A stretch of DNA of 44,435 nucleotides from an uncultured Candidatus Nitrosopelagicus sp. (GTDB taxonomy: Archaea; Thermoproteota; Nitrososphaeria; Nitrososphaerales; Nitrosopumilaceae): contig CAZKZG010000010.1 in assembly GCA_964557215.1 (NCBI GenBank), positions 1 to 44,435 on the forward strand. Direction: 5' to 3'. The notes beneath the pieces are model-generated. The model searched no databases and was not told the origin of the DNA. It saw nothing but the letters and a program-made list of their open reading frames with translations. Positions within the stretch are counted from its first letter, which is position 1. Every line of letters begins with the position of its first letter. Shown here piece after piece: positions 1 to 8,944 of this stretch. Made by a program: the position numbers and the translations under genes.

Positions 1-1152
1 TCTGAAAACACCTTTCTCAACAAATGCGTTGTTGATGAATGGATATCCAGCAGATCTTCTTGTTGCTTCATAGTACTCAGTTGGGATTGCGATTTGGATT
101 CCGATTCTTGGATAACCATATCCTTCTGCATCTGATGTATCAAGTGCGAATAATCTTCCGATTTCACTGGAATCTCCAGAGTCGCTTGGTGCATCTTTGC
201 TTGGAATGAATGGTATTCCGTAAATTGAATCTACGTGAATTCCAACACCTGTTCCTTTGAATGTTTGAATTCCGTTTACGTCGATTTGTACTAAACTTTC
301 ACCGTATGGATTTGGAATACGGACTGAAGGCATATACAAGCCTTGTATTTCGGAGTAAACTTCGTGAGAACCTAGGAATACATTTGGATCTTTACCAGCT
401 GCGATTCTAATCTTTCTTAAGAAAGTTCTTAGAGTGTCGTCAGTTAGTACACCATTTGTACCGATTGTACCACTTGCAGATTCGACAGTTGAGTCGAATT
501 CTGTGCCAGAATCTCTATCAATGGTTGCGTTTGCTGCCCATGGATCATATGATCCAGTTGTACTTCCACCTAAAGCATCTTCCTCTGCACTAGAAGAAAC
601 GATTCTATCTAGTGTTTCAAAGTCAGTTGTTCCAGAGTGTGTACCTGAGCCTGTAACCGTACCTTCAACATCTGCTAAAAGCATTCTATTAAGGAATTCT
701 TTGTGCTGAACTGCCATATACAAACGGAGTGAACCAAGTCCTCCCCAAATGTCATCTTTAGAGTGTGTTGCTAACCATTCCATAACTTCAGTTGCACTAA
801 ATGGTAACTGAGCTGTCTTTGGTCTAACATCAATCTCTTTCAATGTTGGCTTTACTGTTTCAGCGATTGCTCCACCTTCTGCTGTACCACCCAATACTGT
901 GTTAGAATTGTTGGTATTTAGAGTTGGTTTTGCAGTTATGACCCTCCATCCAGATTTATCCCAAGGATATTTTGGAAGGATGCCAAATGCGTTGGCTTCT
1001 AAGTTGAGCTGTGCCCATGCGTAAGCCCCAAATATAGCATTAAAAGTACCTGCTGTGCTTGTGGTTACTGGTGCATCTGCTTTTCTAAGAAGGTTTCTGT
1101 TATATCCATAATATTGTGCTTCAAGCTCGTCGATTGTTCGTATTTGTACCAT
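1..1152 (-). CDS. Major capsid protein (HK97-fold), 3' end runs off the window
   Basis: Not in the ORF track (no stop in window). Frame from ATG at 1152 reads MVQIRTIDELEAQYYGYNRNLLRKADAPVTTSTAGTFNAIFGAYAWAQLNLEANAFGILPKYPWDKSGWRV. Lies directly downstream of the prohead protease, the canonical MCP position. Confidence 0.85.
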   Translation of the reverse strand, partial: MVQIRTIDELEAQYYGYNRNLLRKADAPVTTSTAGTFNAIFGAYAWAQLNLEANAFGILPKYPWDKSGWRVITAKPTLNTNNSNTVLGGTAEGGAIAETVKPTLKEIDVRPKTAQLPFSATEVMEWLATHSKDDIWGGLGSLRLYMAVQHKEFLNRMLLADVEGTVTGSGTHSGTTDFETLDRIVSSSAEEDALGGSTTGSYDPWAANATIDRDSGTEFDSTVESASGTIGTNGVLTDDTLRTFLRKIRIAAGKDPNVFLGSHEVYSEIQGLYMPSVRIPNPYGESLVQIDVNGIQTFKGTGVGIHVDSIYGIPFIPSKDAPSDSGDSSEIGRLFALDTSDAEGYGYPRIGIQIAIPTEYYEATRRSAGYPFINNAFVEKGVFR

Positions 1153-1153
1153 T

Positions 1154-2731
1154 TTAGAATTGACCTACCTCATCTTGTGATGGTGTGTAGTATTTACCTT
1201 TCAGAATGTCTCGAGCTACGTTTGCTAACCCTTCATAACCTTCAGATCTTGCATCTTTTAATATTGGTGAATAATCTTCCGAGAAAGATTTGTCAACAGT
1301 ATCAACGATGGTTGATGGTCTAGGGGTTTCAGTAGAATAAGTAGTTCCTAATGCTTTTTCTTGCATTGAGAGATTTTCTGGATCACTTTCTGGCTTCTTT
1401 TCACCGTCACTTGGATGTCTATCTGAATCTAGCCCTGTTTGACGAGAGTTTGATTGATATTCATCTGGGACTGTAACGTCAGCTCCAATATCTTCGCTAT
1501 CCTCAACGGATGGTTTCAATGGGAGATCAGTTGGTGTTTCGAGTGCTTTCAATCTATTGTCGATGCCATCGAGTGTAGTACCTACACTTTTTTGGGTTTC
1601 GGCTAGAGATTGAATTACGTCAGTAAGTGTGTCCAAATTTGATTTTACAGTTTCTTGGAAAGCTTTGTTGGCTTCTTCAGATTCTGATTTCTCTTCTTTG
1701 GAGTCTTCTTTTTCTTCTGAATCTTCAATAACTTGTTTGGATTCTTCTTCTGAACTCATGTTGTTACTGGATCTAGGTTTATTGGGGTTTATATATATTT
1801 CGCTATCTTTATTAGTGTCTTTATCTCCTCTTGAAGAGTTGCCTGACTGATTATTACCATCTTCTGTTTGATAACCTGATTTTTTTGATTGACCAACTCG
1901 ACCTGAACTGGTGTTTTCATCAACATCTTGATTGTATGCACCATGGCTATTACCATCTGTTTCTGGGTCTTGTTTACCTTCTTTATCTTTTTCGCTTTCT
2001 TCGTCTTCATTTTCATCCTTTACCTCTGTGGTAGTTATGCCTGTTCCTATACCTGAATCTTGATTATATGTATGATCGTGACCTAAACCTCTTTGCCCTT
2101 GTGCGTGAATTTGCTCTCCACCTATATTACTGTCTTTTGCTACAAAACAACCAAATTTATCACATTTTATGACCATTTTACCATCTTCTCTTTCTTCAAT
2201 ATTTTCTGTCATAGCCTTTGCAATAGGGTTATAATCTGTAATTAATGCCAATGGAACTGCTGGATCTTTACAAACTGCAACCTCATAATGCTCTAAATTC
2301 TTCAATTCATATGCTACTGAACCATCTTTCATTACTTTTGGTGTTCTATTAGATTTAGTTGCACCACCAAATGATAAGCCTTTATACTCACCACTTTTGA
2401 TTTTTGACCAAATTTCATTGTCTAATTCATAATTTTTATGTATTTTACCTGTTACTTTAATTGCTGGAAACTCTGCTCCACTAGAATCTTTATAGACGGT
2501 TTGTGCATAACTGATACCTTTACCGATTATACGGTTAGAATGAGTATCACTAATAGGGGCTCCTCTATCCATCCATATAGGTAAAACCTTAATTAATTCA
2601 TCAACTATTGTTATTTCTCCTTGTTTATCTTTTACTTCAACTGTTAGATAACCCTCAAAAAATCTATCTTCTCCATTTATAGCGTGTAGAGCTTTGGTGA
2701 CAAGCTTACTCCAATATAACTCTTCTCCCAT
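1154..2731 (-). CDS. Prohead maturation protease fused to acidic linker and coiled-coil scaffold
   Basis: N-terminal HK97-like protease motifs (FEGYLTVEVKDKQGE, DTHSNRIIGK, YKGLSFGG, EVAVCKDPA), then low-complexity acidic region and coiled coil; adjacent to MCP. Confidence 0.85.
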   Translation of the reverse strand: MGEELYWSKLVTKALHAINGEDRFFEGYLTVEVKDKQGEITIVDELIKVLPIWMDRGAPISDTHSNRIIGKGISYAQTVYKDSSGAEFPAIKVTGKIHKNYELDNEIWSKIKSGEYKGLSFGGATKSNRTPKVMKDGSVAYELKNLEHYEVAVCKDPAVPLALITDYNPIAKAMTENIEEREDGKMVIKCDKFGCFVAKDSNIGGEQIHAQGQRGLGHDHTYNQDSGIGTGITTTEVKDENEDEESEKDKEGKQDPETDGNSHGAYNQDVDENTSSGRVGQSKKSGYQTEDGNNQSGNSSRGDKDTNKDSEIYINPNKPRSSNNMSSEEESKQVIEDSEEKEDSKEEKSESEEANKAFQETVKSNLDTLTDVIQSLAETQKSVGTTLDGIDNRLKALETPTDLPLKPSVEDSEDIGADVTVPDEYQSNSRQTGLDSDRHPSDGEKKPESDPENLSMQEKALGTTYSTETPRPSTIVDTVDKSFSEDYSPILKDARSEGYEGLANVARDILKGKYYTPSQDEVGQF

Positions 2732-2749
2732 ACATAAAAAATAATCTTA

Positions 2750-2770
2750 TTACATATAAACTTTATTAGA
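2750..2770 (-). promoter_or_regulatory. Archaeal BRE/TATA promoter for leaderless protease-MCP transcript
   Basis: Minus strand reads aataaaag-TTTATATG about 25 nt upstream of the ATG at 2731. Confidence 0.65.
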
Positions 2771-2815
2771 ATAAAAAAGGTGAATGGTTGGCTTATTAAG
2801 CCAAAACATAGCCAT

Positions 2816-3082
2816 TTACTCTTTCTTTGCTTTTGTAACTGCGAAATCAGCTGCGAAACCAGTGGTTAAACCTATCAAGGCTAAACCAATATCCCCAATG
2901 CCCTCAGTTGCAATAGTTTGACCTATTGCTATTGCTGCGAAGGTGGATATGATTAAAGCACCTGCGAATTTCCTTGCAGAGAAAGATTCCTCTTGTCTAT
3001 GTAGGTAACCTCGTAGTGTGTTTAAACCTGCACCGATTACTGCTGCGCCCACAGTTATTAGTACTGGATCTACCATAAACAA
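2816..3082 (-). CDS. Small multi-pass membrane protein (holin-like)
   Basis: 88 aa, three Gly/Ala-rich hydrophobic segments and a basic C-terminus (KAKKE). Confidence 0.55.
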   Translation of the reverse strand: MFMVDPVLITVGAAVIGAGLNTLRGYLHRQEESFSARKFAGALIISTFAAIAIGQTIATEGIGDIGLALIGLTTGFAADFAVTKAKKE

Positions 3083-3110
3083 ACCTCATTTTGCCAATAT
3101 ATAAAATTTA

Positions 3111-3362
3111 CTACTGTTTATCGTCTAATACTTTGCCTACTAAATCCTCTAAATCAGAGTCGGCTTCTTGATGTAATCTGTTCGATTGTCTATCTAATGC
3201 TGTTGCTAAAATAATAAGGGCTTTTTGGAGTTGAGTTACTCTATTACACAGATCTTTTTGTGTGAGTGATATTTTTCTAAAATATGCTATAAGAGTTCCA
3301 CCACTACCAAGTGCTATTGCTATGACTATTTCTGAGAATAGTTCATCAATCATTTCGAACAT
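3111..3362 (-). CDS. Small membrane-anchored coiled-coil protein
   Basis: N-terminal hydrophobic helix then heptad-like region; TATA-like TTTAAATA upstream. Confidence 0.6.
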   Translation of the reverse strand: MFEMIDELFSEIVIAIALGSGGTLIAYFRKISLTQKDLCNRVTQLQKALIILATALDRQSNRLHQEADSDLEDLVGKVLDDKQ

Positions 3363-3396
3363 AGTTATTATTTACTTCTGGCTTATTTAAAGATGT

Positions 3397-3600
3397 TTAA
3401 CGAACAGGTTTAAGAGTTTCATCTTCAATCATTTGTAATATAAGTGCTGGTTCCTCAGAAACGAGTCTTACAAATGTATTATCTCCACCACTCATTCCTT
3501 CAAAACGACCACACTTGAAACAAAGAAATATGGTATGCACTTCATCTGTATATGCGTACATTGTTGCTTTACATCTACATTCCATTTCGTTATCTAACAT
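3397..3600 (-). CDS. Zinc-ribbon protein
   Basis: CRC...CFKC motif. Confidence 0.6.
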   Translation of the reverse strand: MLDNEMECRCKATMYAYTDEVHTIFLCFKCGRFEGMSGGDNTFVRLVSEEPALILQMIEDETLKPVR

Positions 3601-3643
3601 TTTTACCCCAATGGTTTATAAATAAGTTTCGTTTTTAAATATT

Positions 3644-4084
3644 ATGGCAACTTCGATTTATATTTATGAGAGTTTAGATCATTATAAAAAGATATACAAA
3701 GGTGTTAGAAATGATCCAACAAGAGAATCATTTTTAATTGATATGTTTGTAAAAGATAATAAATTACTTATTGTAACAAAAACAAGTGAATTGAAAGAAA
3801 GACCTGAATTACATAAATCATTAATACATTTTAGAAATGGAACATTAGGAAAGTATGAAGAAGGTGATGAAAAACTTGTTGGTTATAATAATTTAAAATT
3901 TAACAATAAAAAAACAAAACTAGAACTTATGCCAAAATTTTTAAGAAAACCTGAATTAGAGTTACGTGTCGATAGATTTTACGGTGAAACAACTAAAAAG
4001 AAGCTCAACATAGACTACACACATAGGTATTATGACTTGGTTTTTGATAGAATAAATCTATTCTTGGAGGAAAAAAATGCTTGA
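3644..4084 (+). CDS. Hypothetical protein
   Basis: 146-aa ORF with TATA (TTTATAAATA) about 25 nt upstream. Confidence 0.7.
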   Translation: MATSIYIYESLDHYKKIYKGVRNDPTRESFLIDMFVKDNKLLIVTKTSELKERPELHKSLIHFRNGTLGKYEEGDEKLVGYNNLKFNNKKTKLELMPKFLRKPELELRVDRFYGETTKKKLNIDYTHRYYDLVFDRINLFLEEKNA

Positions 4085-4232
4085 TGTTCATTTAGGTGAT
4101 GTGGAAGATAAGTTAGATAAGATAACAGAACAACTAGGTTCTATACAAAAGTTATTGGAATTATTGTTAACACCACCTGATCTTAAAGAATATGAACAAT
4201 GGAAACTAAAAAAACGAAAAGGTTTAGATTAA
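4077..4232 (+). CDS. Small hypothetical protein (51 aa)
   Basis: GGAGG RBS, overlaps the previous stop; MLDVHLGDVEDKLDKITEQLGSIQKLLELLLTPPDLKEYEQWKLKKRKGLD. Confidence 0.6.
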   Translation: MLDVHLGDVEDKLDKITEQLGSIQKLLELLLTPPDLKEYEQWKLKKRKGLD

Positions 4233-4372
4233 AACTTTGCTTTACATCCTTTACAAGTTGAATAGCCTTTTGAATGACCATCATTCTTACCCCAAGTCCA
4301 TGTATAACCTGCCTTTTTTTTACATTTAGGACATGGTTGTATAGGATAATTACCTGAACCCCAATCACTCAT
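4229..4372 (-). CDS. Zinc-ribbon micro-protein (47 aa)
   Basis: MSDWGSGNYPIQPCPKCKKKAGYTWTWGKNDGHSKGYSTCKGCKAKF; two CxxC; ATGA overlap with upstream gene. Confidence 0.65.
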   Translation of the reverse strand: MSDWGSGNYPIQPCPKCKKKAGYTWTWGKNDGHSKGYSTCKGCKAKF

Positions 4373-4812
4373 CTTTTATTACCTAAACCCTTTCCCATTA
4401 TAATTTGCCAATCTTTTCCGTGTTTTTTTCTTATTTTTTGCCAAAATGGATCTGCACCGAACATACCACCTTTTTTATTATATTCTTTTGTTACATTTGC
4501 AATTCTTCTATGACAAGTTCTGCAAAATCTTGCATTTATTTGTTCAATTTCAAATTTATATTTACCACAAAAGAAACATAAACCATACATTTTTTGTGAT
4601 ACAGTAGCAAGAAGTGGTTCTCTACCTCTTTTACCAGCACATTCTGCACATATATCTGCAATAGTAGCTGATGAAGCATCTTTTTTGAAACAATTAATAC
4701 AAACTGCTTCTTTGTAATGATCTACGTGTGTATATTCATCTTCTTGATGTGTTTTCCAGAGTTTTTTAGTGTAATCATTATCTCCAGAATTATTATTCAA
4801 TGATGTTGGCAT
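4369..4812 (-). CDS. Multi zinc-finger protein
   Basis: Four CxxC pairs (CINC, CAEC, CFFC, CRTC). Confidence 0.75.
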   Translation of the reverse strand: MPTSLNNNSGDNDYTKKLWKTHQEDEYTHVDHYKEAVCINCFKKDASSATIADICAECAGKRGREPLLATVSQKMYGLCFFCGKYKFEIEQINARFCRTCHRRIANVTKEYNKKGGMFGADPFWQKIRKKHGKDWQIIMGKGLGNKR

Positions 4813-4813
4813 A

Positions 4814-5131
4814 TTAATTCTCTGATAATCTCACTTTTTTTAATGCTTCTTCTAAGAAATTTCGTATATTATTACAAGCATAGTCGTTAACACCGTGTTT
4901 TCTAACTGCTTTCTTCAATTCTTCAATAAGTAAGTCAATTTCACTAAATTCTGCTTTGTAAACATTGACAGTTCCACCACTTAGTTTTATTTTCTTTGTT
5001 TTTATTACACGCCTGACTTGTTCATTATGTATTTTTTCTGCTTCTTTTTTATCTTCAAACTCATGTGGGTTTTTAGTCCAGTGGCTATATTGTGTGCCAC
5101 TATCTGCCCCTTTAGATTTTTTTGCTTTCAT
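4814..5131 (-). CDS. Hypothetical protein
   Basis: 105-aa ORF coupled to the portal gene. Confidence 0.6.
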   Translation of the reverse strand: MKAKKSKGADSGTQYSHWTKNPHEFEDKKEAEKIHNEQVRRVIKTKKIKLSGGTVNVYKAEFSEIDLLIEELKKAVRKHGVNDYACNNIRNFLEEALKKVRLSEN

Positions 5132-7088
5132 TATCCCACTCTCTCATACCTGCGAATTCGTTCTTAACTATATCTCTTGCTTGTCTTACCGTCATACCTG
5201 TTGATTTTCTAAGTTCATCTACTGTCTTTGTTTTTGTCCAACCAAAGTCAACTGATGTTTGTAATGTATTTTTTACAACTTCAAAGTTAGCTGGTGTTAT
5301 ACCGTCAACATATGATTTCTTACTCATACTTGTACCACTTCCACTAGCTGGTGAACCTTGACCTGTTCCACCAATATCACTTGGTCTTGAGTTTTTTGGT
5401 TCTCCCTCAAACGATTGTTTGTTTTCTTGCTGTTGACCCATCATATCACCTCTACCATTTGCACCACTATTACCCATCATATTCATGCCCATAGCGAGTG
5501 TTTCTTCTGTAATAGCACTATCTTTACTTACTTTAAACTCACCTGTGTGGGTTCTTGTTACCTCAAATCCCATTTGTTGTAACATAGCCATGTTCTGTAT
5601 TTCTACACCATCTGTTTGTAAGTCTCTTAATTTGTCGGTTTCTTCTCCCATCTTTAATTGTAGTTTCCAATCATCAATTTGTAAATGATTTGCAATTTTA
5701 CTAAAAAATGATTTCTCAAGTATATCTTGACCCCATTTAACAGCTCTATTAGTTATGGTTACTTGAAGTCCTTCTTGTGACCAACCTGCTGGTGTTTCAC
5801 CATAATAGAATGGAAGTACACCATAAACTGCACCAATAATCATTCTAAGTTCTCGTCTTATTTCAATAAATTCTAACTCTTTAAGTGAACCTGTAAAGTC
5901 TAACCATTGTGCCATATTTGAAGAACCTTTGTCACTTTCAACCATAAGTGGGTGTATCATGTATGGATCTTCTTGTGCTCTCTGTGAAAGAGTGTCCCAA
6001 GACTTTCTAAAGGTTTCATAATTACGTGAAGCAACTACCAATAATCCTCTTGGTGGTCGCATTTTATCAAAGTATTTTCTGATAAATTCGTCCATATGTG
6101 ATAAGGACATAGCTTTTGACCAAATGGAATAAATTGGAGAATAACCATAAAGTAAATGTGGTCTATATTTACCTGCCTTCCAAACAACTTCACCTTCACC
6201 ATAAACAACACGTTTTGGTTGTGGAATACCTATAGAGTAAACAGAGTTAACTTCCATAACAGCCTTAAGTGCTTCTGCACCACAACGATCACAAACAGGC
6301 TTGGTTAATCGTTTGTCTCGGTGTTCAAATCGTGGGCACACGAAAATTTTATTACGCTTATCGTCATAACCTATGCGACCATCACTATCTGCTATCATCG
6401 CCACCTGTGGTGGATCGATCCTAAGGTACTCTTTTATAGCAGTTTTCTTGTGGTCGATCTTACCACTTACATCGTCTATGTAGTAGTTCTTTAAGCATAG
6501 CAAGTATGCGTTATCGCTAATCTCTAAGTCACGTTCCAACTGTCTTGAAACGTCTTCAAGTGTTTGGTCGTTGCCGTTGACGGCACCTGCCAGCATATCT
6601 TCCAAAATCTTTCGGTGTTCTGGAACTGGTCTTTTTAAGTCATTACTTCCACAAGTATCACATTGAACATCATCAGGTAATGCTTGTTCATCAGGGGCTG
6701 GTACTTTTTTAAGAACCAAGGCTTTCTTTCTTGGTTGTGGTGAGTGTGAATCGTTATTTGCTTCAAGTGGTTGTTCATCTGGAATGTCAGATGCTAATGG
6801 TTGGTATTGGAACTCTTTACCACAATTATTACATTTATACTTCCATTTTTCAACTACCTCAAAACCATTCTTAAACATCTCTCTGTTAAGAGTTTCAATA
6901 GGTATTCTAAGTGCATCAATGTTATCTGCTAACTCATAAATCATTATGAGAGGAAAAGGAAAAATTGGTAATTTGGCACCTGTATCGGTACTCATGTATG
7001 GTTGTGCTATTGAAGGTCTAGTTGTGCTTTCTGTATAACCTTTATTGGTTAATCTAAATGCACTCTTAAATTTATCTACAAAGCCCAT
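5112..7088 (-). CDS. Portal protein with zinc-finger insertions
   Basis: Portal-like segments (RDLEISDNAY, LYGYSPI, KYFDKMRPPRGLL, LEFIEIRRELRMIIGAVYGV); size and position upstream of protease and MCP. Confidence 0.85.
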   Translation of the reverse strand: MGFVDKFKSAFRLTNKGYTESTTRPSIAQPYMSTDTGAKLPIFPFPLIMIYELADNIDALRIPIETLNREMFKNGFEVVEKWKYKCNNCGKEFQYQPLASDIPDEQPLEANNDSHSPQPRKKALVLKKVPAPDEQALPDDVQCDTCGSNDLKRPVPEHRKILEDMLAGAVNGNDQTLEDVSRQLERDLEISDNAYLLCLKNYYIDDVSGKIDHKKTAIKEYLRIDPPQVAMIADSDGRIGYDDKRNKIFVCPRFEHRDKRLTKPVCDRCGAEALKAVMEVNSVYSIGIPQPKRVVYGEGEVVWKAGKYRPHLLYGYSPIYSIWSKAMSLSHMDEFIRKYFDKMRPPRGLLVVASRNYETFRKSWDTLSQRAQEDPYMIHPLMVESDKGSSNMAQWLDFTGSLKELEFIEIRRELRMIIGAVYGVLPFYYGETPAGWSQEGLQVTITNRAVKWGQDILEKSFFSKIANHLQIDDWKLQLKMGEETDKLRDLQTDGVEIQNMAMLQQMGFEVTRTHTGEFKVSKDSAITEETLAMGMNMMGNSGANGRGDMMGQQQENKQSFEGEPKNSRPSDIGGTGQGSPASGSGTSMSKKSYVDGITPANFEVVKNTLQTSVDFGWTKTKTVDELRKSTGMTVRQARDIVKNEFAGMREWDNESKKI

Positions 7089-7148
7089 GATTTATTAATA
7101 AAACGGGGGTTTATAAACTTTGTCCAAAATTGTAACGTTTTTGTAACA

Positions 7149-7250
7149 CTATCCACCGTGTTCGTGGCATTGACGATTACGTTTTTTCTCACTACATTTG
7201 CATTGAATTGAAGTTACTTCTTCATATTCAGGCTCATTAACTATAGACAT
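7149..7250 (-). CDS. Cys/His micro-protein (33 aa)
   Basis: MSIVNEPEYEEVTSIQCKCSEKKRNRQCHEHGG; TATA-like TTTATATT upstream on minus strand. Confidence 0.45.
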   Translation of the reverse strand: MSIVNEPEYEEVTSIQCKCSEKKRNRQCHEHGG

Positions 7251-7281
7251 AATAGATAAATATATACTAATAATATAAAGA

Positions 7282-7353
7282 TTGTTACCTAGTAGTGTGA
7301 GTATGCACACCTGAAACATGGAGGACTGGATTTACTAACCAGCTAGGTGGCAA
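7282..7353 (+). ncRNA. Candidate small structured RNA (multibranch)
   Basis: 12-bp closing stem ttgttacctagt/gctaggtggcaa with G-U pairs; internal hairpins gtgtg/cacac and ctgg/ccag; TATATA at 7261. Confidence 0.5.
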
Positions 7354-7384
7354 ACTATATTAATACAATCAACAACATTTAAAT

Positions 7385-7579
7385 ATGGTAGAGCTAGAAC
7401 CTGAAGATTATACAGAGATATTAAATTGGTTTACATTGGCACATGGTCGAAAAGATATAGCTTCTGTACACGGATTACCTGAAAGAGCAATAAAGGTTTT
7501 TTGGAAACTATCATTTTTAGCAGAAGATAAACTTAAAGAATTTTCTGATGAAAACTCGGAAAAAAAAACGATTAATTAA
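7385..7579 (+). CDS. Hypothetical protein
   Basis: 64-aa ORF preceded by a TATA-like element. Confidence 0.6.
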   Translation: MVELEPEDYTEILNWFTLAHGRKDIASVHGLPERAIKVFWKLSFLAEDKLKEFSDENSEKKTIN

Positions 7580-7613
7580 AAACACTTATATTGGTACTAT
7601 TTATACACATATT

Positions 7614-7696
7614 AGTTCCTCAGGGCATACCACCACATAACAAGTGGGTGTGGGTTCAACGGTAGCCTTCTTAGAACTTTCGACGATCTTTTTTTT
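7614..7696 (+). ncRNA. Candidate small structured RNA with its own promoter and U-tract terminator
   Basis: TTATATT at about 7586; nested stems agttc/gaact, agggc/gcctt, catacc/ggtgtg, cac/gtg; T8 tract at 7689-7696. Confidence 0.5.
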
Positions 7697-7710
7697 AACG
7701 AAAGATATAT

Positions 7711-7929
7711 ATGTTATATTCACGTAATAGAAGTATGAAGGGATTGTTTGTATTCATTTGGTTAAGCGTGATTGTTTTCGGCATATTTGCATCGTTGGGC
7801 GAGGGCTATGTCGGTATTTCGGTTGTTTGTGGACTTGGAATATTTTACACAATTTGGAGAAAACGCAGAGGAACTGACGAATTTAAAGTCAACGAGTTCT
7901 CGAAAGAATTATTGGAGAGTTTAAGATGA
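7711..7929 (+). CDS. Small membrane protein (probable start 7735)
   Basis: Two hydrophobic helices followed by a basic stop-transfer (RKRR). Confidence 0.6.
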   Translation: MLYSRNRSMKGLFVFIWLSVIVFGIFASLGEGYVGISVVCGLGIFYTIWRKRRGTDEFKVNEFSKELLESLR

Positions 7930-8090
7930 CACCGATTGAGGAAGACGTTTCGAACTTTAACAATGGAAAGATGTGTACAACTTGCTGGAGGAAGTTTGAG
8001 AAAAAAGATCTCTGCATATATGACGGAGAGTGGACTTGTGATAAATGTGCAGCCAAGTTTATAAAATACGCATTTGGGAGAGAAAAATGA
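7926..8090 (+). CDS. Zinc-finger micro-protein (54 aa)
   Basis: CTTC...CDKC; ATGA-coupled at both ends. Confidence 0.6.
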   Translation: MTPIEEDVSNFNNGKMCTTCWRKFEKKDLCIYDGEWTCDKCAAKFIKYAFGREK

Positions 8091-8227
8091 AGCGAAAAAA
8101 CGGTACTAGAAAATACGGTAATATGGGAATATCTTACCGAGAACTTAGTGAAGCAAGTGGTTGTAGCGAATATAAGATAATGAAATACGTGAGATTATTA
8201 GAACCTATTGTGGAGGAAATGGAATGA
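8087..8227 (+). CDS. Small HTH protein
   Basis: ISYRELSEASGCSEYKIMKYVRLL fits a helix-turn-helix pattern. Confidence 0.5.
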   Translation: MKRKNGTRKYGNMGISYRELSEASGCSEYKIMKYVRLLEPIVEEME

Positions 8228-8302
8228 GTGAATGTCAATGGCACCACAACTTTTACTTCAAGGAGTTCAAGTTTTACTGTAAGGCTTGTGGTAGGAAAGA
8301 AA

Positions 8303-8470
8303 ATGAATAAAAAACCGATGATATTTACAAAGTGGATATGGGTTATTCCCCTTTTTGTGTTCTTTATAACAATGATATATGGTACGTTTTTCTATGAAAC
8401 ACCGATTATAAATAATACAACTGAGGAATGTGTAGAACAATATTATGCTTCAACGAGGATATGTCCATGA
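8303..8470 (+). CDS. Small membrane protein
   Basis: Probable start MNKKP inside track ORF 8228..8470; one hydrophobic helix. Confidence 0.5.
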   Translation: MNKKPMIFTKWIWVIPLFVFFITMIYGTFFYETPIINNTTEECVEQYYASTRICP

Positions 8471-8551
8471 CCTTAAGTAAGGATTTTACCACATATGCCC
8501 AGCTTAGGCATGAGGTATATGAATCAATTAAAAAGATGATGAGGGATAATA

Positions 8552-8701
8552 ATGTATAAGGAAAAGAAAGATTGGACAGAACACTATAAGGATTGGAAAC
8601 GAATCCTCCCCACCATTGACGGTAAAAAAGAAACCGATCTGTTTAGGCGTAAAATTATAGAACGCCTTATAAAGGATTATGAGGTAAATGACACTGGGTA
8701 A
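8552..8701 (+). CDS. Small hypothetical protein (49 aa)
   Basis: GAGGG RBS; MYKEKKDWTEHYKDWKRILPTIDG... Confidence 0.5.
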   Translation: MYKEKKDWTEHYKDWKRILPTIDGKKETDLFRRKIIERLIKDYEVNDTG

Positions 8702-8846
8702 TAAACAGTTGGAAAAGGTTATATGTGTCGCCTGTACTGAACCGTTTGGTGAACATACTAAAAGACAACTTGTAAGATGTATATTTAGAATACAGGGAAC
8801 TATGGTAGGCTCCCAAATTTCGAATCACGACTTGGAAGATAAATAG
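8688..8846 (+). CDS. Zinc-binding micro-protein (52 aa)
   Basis: GAGGT RBS; CVAC-x6-H-x7-C. Confidence 0.55.
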   Translation: MTLGNKQLEKVICVACTEPFGEHTKRQLVRCIFRIQGTMVGSQISNHDLEDK

Positions 8847-8944
8847 GAGTATATAAAGGCACCTAAACATTTATATATCTAGTGATCTTTTCAAAATCCA
8901 TTTTTTCTCCAGATGACCTAGGGCGTGATGGTTGTAAAACGAAA

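Noticed and set aside
434-2034. Plus-strand track ORFs over MCP and protease
   Set aside because: Antisense shadows of well-supported minus-strand genes.
4183-4368. Track ORF of 61 aa
   Set aside because: The alternative frame 4229..4372 gives a clean zinc ribbon with translational coupling.
7149-7250. Ubiquitin/SAMP-like modifier because of the C-terminal GG
   Set aside because: Only 33 aa, too short for a beta-grasp fold, and no E1-like enzyme present.
7614-7680. tRNA gene suggested by GGTTCAA
   Set aside because: No cloverleaf, T-stem or acceptor geometry; kept only as an unknown ncRNA candidate.
8667-8870. Minus-strand track ORF of 67 aa
   Set aside because: Overlaps plus-strand RBS-bearing ORFs 8552..8701 and 8688..8846.
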